This document shows positions 26,662 to 34,442 of a stretch of DNA of 64,000 nucleotides, in pieces (the first letter of the stretch is position 1; each line of letters begins with the position of its first letter). The notes under the pieces were generated by a model. The model was not told the DNA's origin and searched no databases. It was given only the letters and a program-made list of their open reading frames with translations. The DNA is from Thermoleophilia bacterium (GTDB taxonomy: Bacteria > Actinomycetota > Thermoleophilia > Gaiellales > Gaiellaceae): contig JAHDVS010000008.1 in the NCBI GenBank assembly GCA_023382435.1, forward strand, positions 12,272-76,271, in the 5' to 3' direction. The translations under genes were made by a program, and so were the position numbers.

Positions 26662-27636
26662 TCAGGGCACGGGAGCCGCGGTCGCCGCCTGCTCGCGGAG
26701 TCGCCGCCGCTTCCCCGCCTCGTCTGCCACCTGCGGCAGCCATTCCAGATAGGCACCGACGTCCAGCGTTCCCTCTTCCACGCTGTAGGGGTAGCGATCC
26801 GCATGCACGTCATCCCAGAGCTCGAGGAGCTCCTGCTCCTCGACCCGGTGGAATCTGATGCGATCACCTGCCCGCAGGAGCAGCGGGCTCTCGCGAAACG
26901 CGGCGTTGCGAGCAGCGAGGTCGTAGATCGGCAGCGTGCGCCCGATCAGCTGGTAGCCGCCGGCCGACTCGACGGGGTAGATCGCCCAGCACGGGCCGCC
27001 GAGCCCGAGCGCTCCCTCCGGAGTCCAGGTGCGCGTCGGGTTGTATTTCGGCACGACAACCGCGTCGCGCGGGTCGAGCGGAAACATGAAGGGCAATCCG
27101 GGGAAGAACCCGATGAAGGCTGTCCACTGCTCGGTACCGAGCACGGCCTCGTAAAGCTCTTCGCGGTCGGCGAGCCCGTTGTAGCGGGCGATGTAGTCGA
27201 CGTTCGTGCCGCCCTCGCAGTTCGGCGCGTCCTTGCGGATCGAGTGGATGTAGCGCTCGACCGCCTGGCGTGTCTGCGAGTCGTCGAACGCCACCGGCAG
27301 GCGGACGAGACGACTCGGAAGAGTGATCTCTCGCTCCGCCTCGAGGCTCTCGTGCACCGCGTGCAGGTGATCGAGAAGCTCGTCAACGGAGAGCTGCAGG
27401 GGGTCATAGCTGACCAGGATCGACCGAAAGCCCGGGGCCGTCTCCACAAGCCCCTCGAGCGGCCACGTGCCGAGGGCGTCGTTGACGGCCAGGACGAAGA
27501 AGTTCAGCGTCAGGTCGAACTCCATCTCGCCGTACTCGACGAGAACGGCCCGGTCGCCCGCGTAGCGGTACGCAATGCCCGGCTTACCCTCTCGTGCCGG
27601 CTGCCGCTCGATCACAGCCGATGCCGTCGCGCCCAT
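26662..27636 (-). CDS. carboxyltransferase C/D-domain protein (AHS1 / KipI / PxpB homologue), long form
   Basis: 324 aa from ATG 27636 preceded by GGAAGGAGGG; YRYAGDRAVLVEYGE.., ETAPGFRSILVSYDP, GFFPGLPFM motifs. Confidence 0.8.
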   Translation of the reverse strand: MGATASAVIERQPAREGKPGIAYRYAGDRAVLVEYGEMEFDLTLNFFVLAVNDALGTWPLEGLVETAPGFRSILVSYDPLQLSVDELLDHLHAVHESLEAEREITLPSRLVRLPVAFDDSQTRQAVERYIHSIRKDAPNCEGGTNVDYIARYNGLADREELYEAVLGTEQWTAFIGFFPGLPFMFPLDPRDAVVVPKYNPTRTWTPEGALGLGGPCWAIYPVESAGGYQLIGRTLPIYDLAARNAAFRESPLLLRAGDRIRFHRVEEQELLELWDDVHADRYPYSVEEGTLDVGAYLEWLPQVADEAGKRRRLREQAATAAPVP

Positions 27637-27823
27637 CGCGGTCCACCCTCCTTCCGGGATGCCCGACAATACCGGTGCCCGGTGGCCTGCGTGCGGGGCG
27701 CGATTCCGACACGACGTCCAGACTCGGTGCCCGCTTGCCGGGGAGCAGCGGGACGCGGGACAGCAAGACGCCGCGGGATCGGCGACGATTGACCCGTCAA
27801 CGGGCACCGGTGAGGAGGCCGCC

Positions 27824-29386
27824 ATGGCTGAGAGCGAGACGCTGACGTTGCGGAGGATCCCCCGCCTCGAGTTGAACGAGCTGGCCCGGGAGTGGGGCTT
27901 CGCGATCGCGGCCGAGGAGGAGAGCGCGTACCTGCGGCTCGTCGACGGCGTCCTCTCCGTCCTCGACGAGCTGGACCGGCACCCGGTCCCCGTCGAGAAC
28001 GTCGAGGCGGTGCGGGACCCGGGGCGCCCGCCCGGGCCGGGGGAGGACCCCTGCAACGCCGTCGTGCGCTGGTGCCGGGTCGAGTCGACGCACGAGGGCG
28101 TCCTGGGCGGGATGCGGATCGCGGTCAAGGACTCGGTGGCCGTCGCCGGTGTCCCGATGACGTGCGGGTCACGAATCCTCACGGGGTTCGTCCCCGAGCG
28201 GGATGCCGTCGTCACGGAGCGGATCCTCGAGGCAGGCGGCGTGATCGCCGCGATCACGAACATGGACGACCTCGCCTTTTCCGGCGGCGGGGACACGAGC
28301 TGCTACGGCCCGACCCTCTGCCCGTTCGACCTGGCGCGCACCGCCGGCGGCTCGTCGGGCGGATCCGCCGCCGCCCTCTGGTACGAGGGCCTCGACGCCG
28401 CGATCGGCAGCGACCAGGGCGGGTCGATCCGGGTGCCCGCGGCGTGGTGCGGGGTGATCGGCCTCAAGCCCACCCACGGCCTCGTCCCGTACACCGGGAT
28501 CGCGGGGATCGACCGGACCTTCGATCATGCCGGGCCCCTGGGCCGGACCGCCGAGAGCGTCGCGCGCCTGCTCCAGGCCGTTACGAGCGGGGGCAGCGCC
28601 GCCCCGCAGCGGGGAGACACTGCGGTCGCCGACTACCTCAGCGCGGTCGCCGGGGCACCCGACGACCTCCGTGGTATCCGGCTCGGGCTCGTCGCGGAGA
28701 GCCTCGGCGAGGGTGTCGGCGCCACCGCCGAGGTGGCCGAGGCGACGCTGGAGACGCTCGAGCGCCTGCGCGAGCTCGGCGCCGACATCCGGGAGGTATC
28801 GCTTCCGGAGCATCTCCAGGCGGGCGGGATCGCCTTCGCGGGCTTCGTCGAGGGGATGACCGCGCTCATGGCCGGAGGCGGCAACGGCTACCACTGGTTC
28901 GGCCGCTATGCCCCCGATCTGGCGCTCGCGCTGAGACGGGGGCTGACCGCTCGCGCCGGCGAGCTGCCCGCCTCGGTCAAGACTGCCCTGCTGGTCGGCA
29001 CTCACCTGCGCCGCTCGTACCTCGGCGCGGTCTACGCGCAGGCCCAGAACCTGCGACCGTGGCTTCGGAGCGCGTACGACCGGGCCCTCGAGGGTCTCGA
29101 CGCCCTGCTTCTCCCGGCGACGCCCGGCCTTCCCCACCGAGACGACCCAGCGCTCTCGCTCTCCGACCGTGTCCTGCGCGGATGGGGCGTCCTCGCCAAC
29201 ACGTACCCGACCGACATGACGGGTCATCCCGCCCTCACCATCCCCGTGGCGGAGACCGGCGGCCTGCCCGTGGGCCTGATGCTCGTGGGGCGGCCGCTCG
29301 CGGAGGCCCGGCTGCTTCAGGTCGCGCGCACGGTCGAGGGCTCCCTCGGCTGGCGGCCCGACCCCTCGCTCGCCGCTGCCGCCTAG
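27824..29386 (+). CDS. amidase-signature family amidase
   Basis: Track ORF trimmed to ATG 27824 (GAGGAGG upstream); IAVKDS catalytic Lys context and GGSSGGSAAA signature. Confidence 0.85.
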   Translation: MAESETLTLRRIPRLELNELAREWGFAIAAEEESAYLRLVDGVLSVLDELDRHPVPVENVEAVRDPGRPPGPGEDPCNAVVRWCRVESTHEGVLGGMRIAVKDSVAVAGVPMTCGSRILTGFVPERDAVVTERILEAGGVIAAITNMDDLAFSGGGDTSCYGPTLCPFDLARTAGGSSGGSAAALWYEGLDAAIGSDQGGSIRVPAAWCGVIGLKPTHGLVPYTGIAGIDRTFDHAGPLGRTAESVARLLQAVTSGGSAAPQRGDTAVADYLSAVAGAPDDLRGIRLGLVAESLGEGVGATAEVAEATLETLERLRELGADIREVSLPEHLQAGGIAFAGFVEGMTALMAGGGNGYHWFGRYAPDLALALRRGLTARAGELPASVKTALLVGTHLRRSYLGAVYAQAQNLRPWLRSAYDRALEGLDALLLPATPGLPHRDDPALSLSDRVLRGWGVLANTYPTDMTGHPALTIPVAETGGLPVGLMLVGRPLAEARLLQVARTVEGSLGWRPDPSLAAAA

Positions 29387-29393
29387 CGACTGA

Positions 29394-29528
29394 TCAGAGC
29401 GACGCCGGAGACGACGAGGACGGTTCCGCCGTCTTCCTCGCGGAGCCGACCAGCGCGACGACCGGGAAGGCGGAGCCTGCCGGGACGATCTTGCTCGCGT
29501 CGCCCTTGGTCAGAGCGGAGGCCTTTCC
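29394..29528 (-). other. 44 sense codons in frame immediately after the TGA of the zinc-ribbon ORF
   Basis: Translates GKASALTKGDASKIVPAGSAFPVVALVGSARKTAEPSSSSPASL then TGA; 39/44 codons end in G/C; ends 7 nt from the amidase stop. Confidence 0.35.
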
Positions 29529-29735
29529 TCAGGTCCTCGGCTCGCCCTTCAGCTTCGGCAATACGTAGTCCCGGTAGAGCTCCACGCAGGCGGGACTGCA
29601 AAACCGGTGTTCCTCGCCCTCGACCTCGGCAACCCAGAGACGCTTGGGGACGACCTGGCCGCAGCAGTCGCACGGTGTCACGGCGGTCTCCCAGACCTGC
29701 GTCGTGATCGGCAGCCACCGGCCACTCACGGGCAC
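29529..29735 (-). CDS. 68-aa zinc-ribbon (TRASH/FCS-like) protein coupled to hyuB
   Basis: C-x-C-C-G ... RFCSPAC (Cys pairs about 21 residues apart); GTG start 29735 overlaps the hyuB 3' end by 10 nt. Confidence 0.55.
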   Translation of the reverse strand: MPVSGRWLPITTQVWETAVTPCDCCGQVVPKRLWVAEVEGEEHRFCSPACVELYRDYVLPKLKGEPRT

Positions 29736-31447
29736 TCCCAGCCGTACAGGTCGCGCGCCCGCTCCGGACTGACAAAGCCCTCGTAGACGTCGCGCGCGAC
29801 ACGCTCCCGGTCGCGCGCACGCGGGTCGCCATAGCCGCCGCCGCCGGGCGAGTCGATCAGCACCTCGTCGCCCTCCTCGAGCAGGATGTTCGTGAACTTC
29901 GACGGCGACACGGTCCCGAACGCCTCCGAGAAGGTGCGAAACTCCGCATCTCCCTTTCGCCTGACCATGATCGCCGCGCGACCACCCGTGCCGCCGCCCG
30001 CGAGGCCCCAGGCCCCGAAGCCCGGCTTGGTCCGGTCGAAGAGCGCGTTGACCGTCACCTCGGTGCTCGGCTCGACCCGGAGGATCCGGCGCGTGCCGAG
30101 ACCGCCGCGCATCCGCCCCGGCCCGCCCGAGTCCGGGATCAGCGAGTACTCGATCGTCCGCAGCGGGTAGCGCGTCTCGAAGATCTCGACCGGCGTGTTC
30201 CGGCAGTTGCCGTTCTTGACGATGATCGCGTCGTTGCCGTCGTCGTAGTCCTTAGCACCCCAGCCGCCGCCCTCGAGGTGGTAGTTCGCGTAGTAGTCGC
30301 CCGTCCTCGGATGGAAGCCGCCGAAGAGGAAGTTGCACGCCGTCCCCCCCTCGGCCGCCGCGACCCGGCCGGGAAGCGCCTGCGCGAGCGCGGCAATGAC
30401 CATGTCGGCGAGCTTGGGATGCGTCTCGGTGTTGCCGCCGACGGACGGACCCGGGTAGACGACGTTCACGGCGGAGCCGGGCGGCGCGATGATCGAGATC
30501 GGCCGGTAGACACCGGAGTTCTTCGGGATGCTCTGGTCGGTCAGATGGAAGATCGCGTTGTACGTCGCGCCGGCGGTCACGCCGTAGGTGGCGTTGATCG
30601 GGCCCCGCACCTGGGGGTCGGTCCCGGTCCAGTCGACGATCAGCCGATCGCCGTCGACTGTTACCTCGACGTGGAAGGTGACCGGGCGCTCGACGACGCC
30701 GTCGTCCTCCATTCGGGCGGTGAACGCATACCGTCCGTCGGGGATCGCCCTGATCTCGGTGCGCATCCAGCGCTCCGAGTAGTCCATCAGCTCCTCCGCC
30801 GCCTCCTCGACGAGATCGCGGCCGTACCGTTCGAGGAGCAGCTGGACGCTCCGCTCGGCGACCCGCAACGAGCCGATCTGGGCGTTGAGGTCACCCCAGG
30901 TATTCCGGGGGGTCCGGTGGTTGGCCATGATCAGCCGCCAGAGGTCCATGTTGGGCCGGTCGCGGCTGACGATCTTGACCGGCGGGATCCGAAGCCCCTC
31001 CTGGAAGACCTCGGTTGCGTCAGCGGCGAAGCTCCCGACGGCCTTGCCCCCGATCTCGGCCAGGTGACCGACGTTGGCGACGAAACCGAAGAGCTCGCCG
31101 TCGAAGAAGACGGGACGGATCACCGAGTGCTCCGGGATGTGAGCGCCACCTCGATAGGGGTCGTTGTGGAGGACGACGTCGCCCTCCTCGAACGAGTCGA
31201 CGCCAAGCTCCTCGACCGTCCAGCGAACGATGAAGAGGCTGGCCGCGATCTGGGCGGGGCAGAACTCCGCCTGGCCGATCATGTTGCCGTGCCGGTCGAA
31301 GAGGACACACGAGAAGTCGAGACCCTCGTTGAAGATCGGCGAGAAGGCTGTCCTCATCATGGTGATGCCCATCTCGCGACAGATGTTTACGAAGGCGTTG
31401 TTCACGATGGCGAGCGTTACTGGATCGATGCCGCCGCCCACCCTCAC
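29726..31447 (-). CDS. hyuB: hydantoinase B / oxoprolinase-family subunit
   Basis: 573 aa; typical HyuB sequence (DPVTLAIVNNAF..., NDPYRGGAHIPE); GTGA overlap with hyuA. Confidence 0.9.
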   Translation of the reverse strand: MRVGGGIDPVTLAIVNNAFVNICREMGITMMRTAFSPIFNEGLDFSCVLFDRHGNMIGQAEFCPAQIAASLFIVRWTVEELGVDSFEEGDVVLHNDPYRGGAHIPEHSVIRPVFFDGELFGFVANVGHLAEIGGKAVGSFAADATEVFQEGLRIPPVKIVSRDRPNMDLWRLIMANHRTPRNTWGDLNAQIGSLRVAERSVQLLLERYGRDLVEEAAEELMDYSERWMRTEIRAIPDGRYAFTARMEDDGVVERPVTFHVEVTVDGDRLIVDWTGTDPQVRGPINATYGVTAGATYNAIFHLTDQSIPKNSGVYRPISIIAPPGSAVNVVYPGPSVGGNTETHPKLADMVIAALAQALPGRVAAAEGGTACNFLFGGFHPRTGDYYANYHLEGGGWGAKDYDDGNDAIIVKNGNCRNTPVEIFETRYPLRTIEYSLIPDSGGPGRMRGGLGTRRILRVEPSTEVTVNALFDRTKPGFGAWGLAGGGTGGRAAIMVRRKGDAEFRTFSEAFGTVSPSKFTNILLEEGDEVLIDSPGGGGYGDPRARDRERVARDVYEGFVSPERARDLYGWECP

Positions 31448-33483
31448 CCCTCCTCACGGACGAGCTCGAGCACGCCGCGGCGGCCGCTCTCGAGCCGCCA
31501 GGCGGGGGGGACGACGATCGTCGAGTCCATCTCCTCGACGATCGCCGGGCCGCCGCGCACGCTGCCAAGCTCGAGCGAATCGCGCCGCACCACGGGCGTG
31601 GCGACGAAGCCGTGCTCCGGAAACCAGACCTCGCGCGACTCGTCGCGGGCGGCGGGCCCGCCCCCCTGAACGAGCTCCGGCAGACGCCTGTCCTCGCCGA
31701 CGACCACGACCTGGAGACGAACGAGCTCGATCGGGATTCCGTCCAGCCGGTAGCCGTAGAAACTCTCGTAGAGGCGCGCGAACTGCTCGTAGACACCCGG
31801 CAGGTCGTCGTCAGCGAGCTCACCCCCCGGCACCGTCACCTCCGTCTCGTAGTTCTGACCCTGGTAGCGCATGGCGATCGATCGGCGCACCTCGTGGGAG
31901 GCGACTCCGCCTGCCTGAGCCTCGAAGTCGGCAACGGATCGGGACTCGAGCTCCGTGAAGAGCCGGCTCACCTCGGCCGCAGTCGCCCGCACGTCGGTGA
32001 GGTAGACGCTCTTGACGGCATCGACCCGCACCTGGGCCGCGAGCGCGCCGAAGGCCGAGGCGAGACCGGGATTGGCCGGCACGATCACTCGACCGATCCC
32101 GATCGCAGCGGCGATCTCGGCCGCATGCGTCGGCCCGGCGCCGCCCATGGCGACGATGGCGAACTCGCGCGGATCGATGCCCTGCTCGACCGTCACGATC
32201 CGGATCGCGTTGGCCATGTTCTCGTTTGCCACCCGTACCATCGAGGCGGCGACGTCGACCGCGTCGCGGCCGAGCTTCGCGGCGAGCCGCCCCAGCGCCG
32301 CGCGGCTGAGCGAAGCGTCGAGGGCGAGCCGTCCGCCGAGGAAGAAGTCGGGGTTCAGCCGGCCGAGGGCGAGGTTCGCGTCGGTCAGCGTCGTCTCCTC
32401 GCCGCCGCGGCCGTAGCACGCGGGGCCGGGGTCGGCCCCCGCGCTGCCCGGCCCGACCTGGAGGAAGCCGCCGGAGTCGACCCAGCCGATCGAACCACCG
32501 CCGGCGCCGATCGTCTTCGTCGACACCGACGGAACCGAGACGGGAAAGCCGTACTCGATTTCGAAGTCCGAGGAGTAGAGCGGCTCGCCGCCGACGATCA
32601 GACAGACATCGCAGCTCGTCCCGCCCATATCGACGACGATCCCCTTTTCCGTTCCCGCAAGCCGCGCGAAATGCGCGCCGCCGATGGCGCCCCCGGCGAT
32701 TCCGGACAGCAGGAGGTGCGCCGGCCGCTCCCGCGCCTCGGCGGCGAGGGCGTGCCCGCCGTTCGACTTCAGAAGCGACGGACGGCTCGAGATCCCCTGC
32801 GAGACGAGCGCGTCGCCGAGCCCGGACACGTACTCGTCGAGGAGAGGCTTCAGGTAGGCGTCGACGATGGCCGTCGTGCCCCGCTCGTACTCACGCCAGA
32901 TCGGCGCCACTTCGTGGGAGAGGGACACCGGCAGGCCGGTCCGCTCCTCCAGGAACGTGCGCGTGGCCAGCTCGTGCTCGGGGTCGAGGTACGAGAAGAG
33001 GAAGCAGACGGCGATCGCGAGGCGATCGCCGTCTGCCCGGGACTCGACGCTCTCGAGAACGCGTTCGAGCTCCCGGGTAGCGAGCGGCACGAGCTCCCGC
33101 CCCTCCTCGTCCAAGCGCTCGTCGACCCCGATGCAGTCTGGCCGGTGGACGAGCGGCGTCGGCTTGCGCCAGCGAAAGTCGTAGTGGTACTTCCGGGAGA
33201 TCCGCTGGATGAATGGGACGTCCTCGAAGCCCTTCGTCGTCAAATAGAGAACACGGGCGCCCGTCCGCGTGAGGACGGCGTTGATTCCGATCGTCGTACC
33301 GACGACGACGATCGAGATGCGCTCGGGATCGAGACCCGCCGCCTCGAGGGCCGCAGCCACAGCGGAGACCGGGTCCTTCGGGTTCGACGGGACCTTGGCG
33401 ACGTGCCAGCGGCCCGCCTCCTCGTCGACGGCTACGAGGTCGGTGAACGTCCCGCCCGTATCGATCCCGACCCGAATGCCCAT
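31444..33483 (-). CDS. hyuA: hydantoinase A / oxoprolinase-family ATPase subunit
   Basis: Track ORF trimmed to MGIRVGIDTGGTFTDLVAV; ASKHA-type DMGGTSCDV motif. Confidence 0.9.
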   Translation of the reverse strand: MGIRVGIDTGGTFTDLVAVDEEAGRWHVAKVPSNPKDPVSAVAAALEAAGLDPERISIVVVGTTIGINAVLTRTGARVLYLTTKGFEDVPFIQRISRKYHYDFRWRKPTPLVHRPDCIGVDERLDEEGRELVPLATRELERVLESVESRADGDRLAIAVCFLFSYLDPEHELATRTFLEERTGLPVSLSHEVAPIWREYERGTTAIVDAYLKPLLDEYVSGLGDALVSQGISSRPSLLKSNGGHALAAEARERPAHLLLSGIAGGAIGGAHFARLAGTEKGIVVDMGGTSCDVCLIVGGEPLYSSDFEIEYGFPVSVPSVSTKTIGAGGGSIGWVDSGGFLQVGPGSAGADPGPACYGRGGEETTLTDANLALGRLNPDFFLGGRLALDASLSRAALGRLAAKLGRDAVDVAASMVRVANENMANAIRIVTVEQGIDPREFAIVAMGGAGPTHAAEIAAAIGIGRVIVPANPGLASAFGALAAQVRVDAVKSVYLTDVRATAAEVSRLFTELESRSVADFEAQAGGVASHEVRRSIAMRYQGQNYETEVTVPGGELADDDLPGVYEQFARLYESFYGYRLDGIPIELVRLQVVVVGEDRRLPELVQGGGPAARDESREVWFPEHGFVATPVVRRDSLELGSVRGGPAIVEEMDSTIVVPPAWRLESGRRGVLELVREEG

Positions 33484-33571
33484 CGAGGTCCCGCGCTCGA
33501 CTCTATCCGGCGCGACGGGGAGGCGTAGGATCGAGCACCGCTGCCCACGCCCGACCCTGATGAGGTGAGCG

Positions 33572-34054
33572 ATGACGAACGACCTGGCCGCACGGATCGC
33601 AAAGCTCGAGGCAATCGAGGAGATCCGTCGCCTCAAGGCACGCTACGCGGATGTCTGCGACACGGGCTACGACCCCGATCGCATGGGGCCGTTCTTCACG
33701 CGCGACGCCGTGTGGGACGGCGGCGAGCGCTTTGGCCGGCACGAGGGTATCGAGGCGATCCGGGCCTTCTTCGCGGGCGTCTCGAGCCAGATCACCTGGG
33801 CGCTCCACTACATGGTCGCGCCGACCGTCGATGTCGCGGACAGCATCGAGACCGCGACGGGTAGCTGGTACCTCTGGCAGCCCTGCACCGTCGTCGGCGA
33901 CGCCGGCGCACAGGCCGTCTGGCTGACCGGCCGCTACACCGACCGCTACCGCCGCGAGGATGGCGTCTGGAAGTTCGCCGAAGTCCGGCTCGACTGCCAG
34001 ACGATCAGCCCCGTCGAGGAGGGCTGGGTCCGCCGACCGTTCTGGAACGAGTAG
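33572..34054 (+). CDS. SnoaL-like / NTF2-family protein
   Basis: 160 aa; LEAIEEIRRLKARYADVCD... start typical of the SnoaL_4 subgroup; TAGGAT box and GAGGTGAG upstream. Confidence 0.7.
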   Translation: MTNDLAARIAKLEAIEEIRRLKARYADVCDTGYDPDRMGPFFTRDAVWDGGERFGRHEGIEAIRAFFAGVSSQITWALHYMVAPTVDVADSIETATGSWYLWQPCTVVGDAGAQAVWLTGRYTDRYRREDGVWKFAEVRLDCQTISPVEEGWVRRPFWNE

Positions 34055-34125
34055 GGAACGGCCCAGGCCCGGCTCCCCGGCCCCGGCGGCGCTCGCGGAG
34101 CGAGATCCCCGAGCTGCCTGTCTGA

Positions 34126-34415
34126 TCGCAGCGGCCGCAGCCGAAGATCGACTCGCTCCTCCGCCCGCTCGAGGAGACCCCTGCCCTGTACGACACGCTC
34201 CTCGCGTACTTCCACGAGGACTTCGACGTGGGCCGCACCGCCAAGCGGCTGCACCTCCACCCCGGCTCGCTCGGATCGAGCGACGCCTCAGCCGTTCCCT
34301 CCGCTCGCCGGCCACGATTGCCGACCTCTATCTGGCGATCCTCGCCACGGAAGCCCCGGGCCGGAAGGCGAGTTCACCTCCGGATTCGGGCGCCGGGCAC
34401 CCGCGCGGGAGGTAA
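34126..34415 (+). pseudogene. relic of a PucR-type regulator (C-terminal HTH only, frameshifted)
   Basis: Frame A reads ..LYDTLLAYFHEDFDVGRTAKRLHLHPGSL; frame A-1 continues ARIERRLSRSLRSPATIADLYLAILATEA; together they match the PucR C-terminal HTH pattern; no N-terminal domains, in-frame stop at 34123. Confidence 0.5.
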
Positions 34416-34442
34416 GCCGGGCGCGACCGCAGCGGCTCCTGA

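Noticed and set aside
27659-27823. Upstream in-frame ATG (27659) as the amidase start
   Set aside because: Third-position G/C in that stretch is only about 75 percent by my count, against about 90 percent in real genes here. A strong GAGGAGG precedes ATG 27824.
24025-29386. Calling the biotin carboxylase/AHS1/AHS2 set plus amidase a bona fide urea amidolyase (urea carboxylase + allophanate hydrolase)
   Set aside because: The domain content is compatible. However, the proteins are split, a PxpA homologue is attached, and the 520-aa amidase is shorter than the roughly 600-aa allophanate hydrolases as I recall. A urease operon is also present. The substrate cannot be decided from sequence alone.
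29526-29531. Selenocysteine decoding of the in-frame TGA after the zinc-ribbon ORF
   Set aside because: I found only a weak 5-bp stem (CGCUC-UGACCAA-GGGCG) 11 nt downstream, with no resemblance to known bacterial SECIS loops. Sec at a non-catalytic C-terminal position is implausible. It is kept only as a remote alternative to a nonsense mutation or readthrough.
29529-29735. The 68-aa ORF as an AtzG/GatC-like small partner of the neighbouring amidase
   Set aside because: It is on the opposite strand from the amidase and overlaps hyuB. It has a Cys-rich zinc-ribbon pattern unlike GatC-type helices. Association with HyuAB is the more parsimonious explanation.
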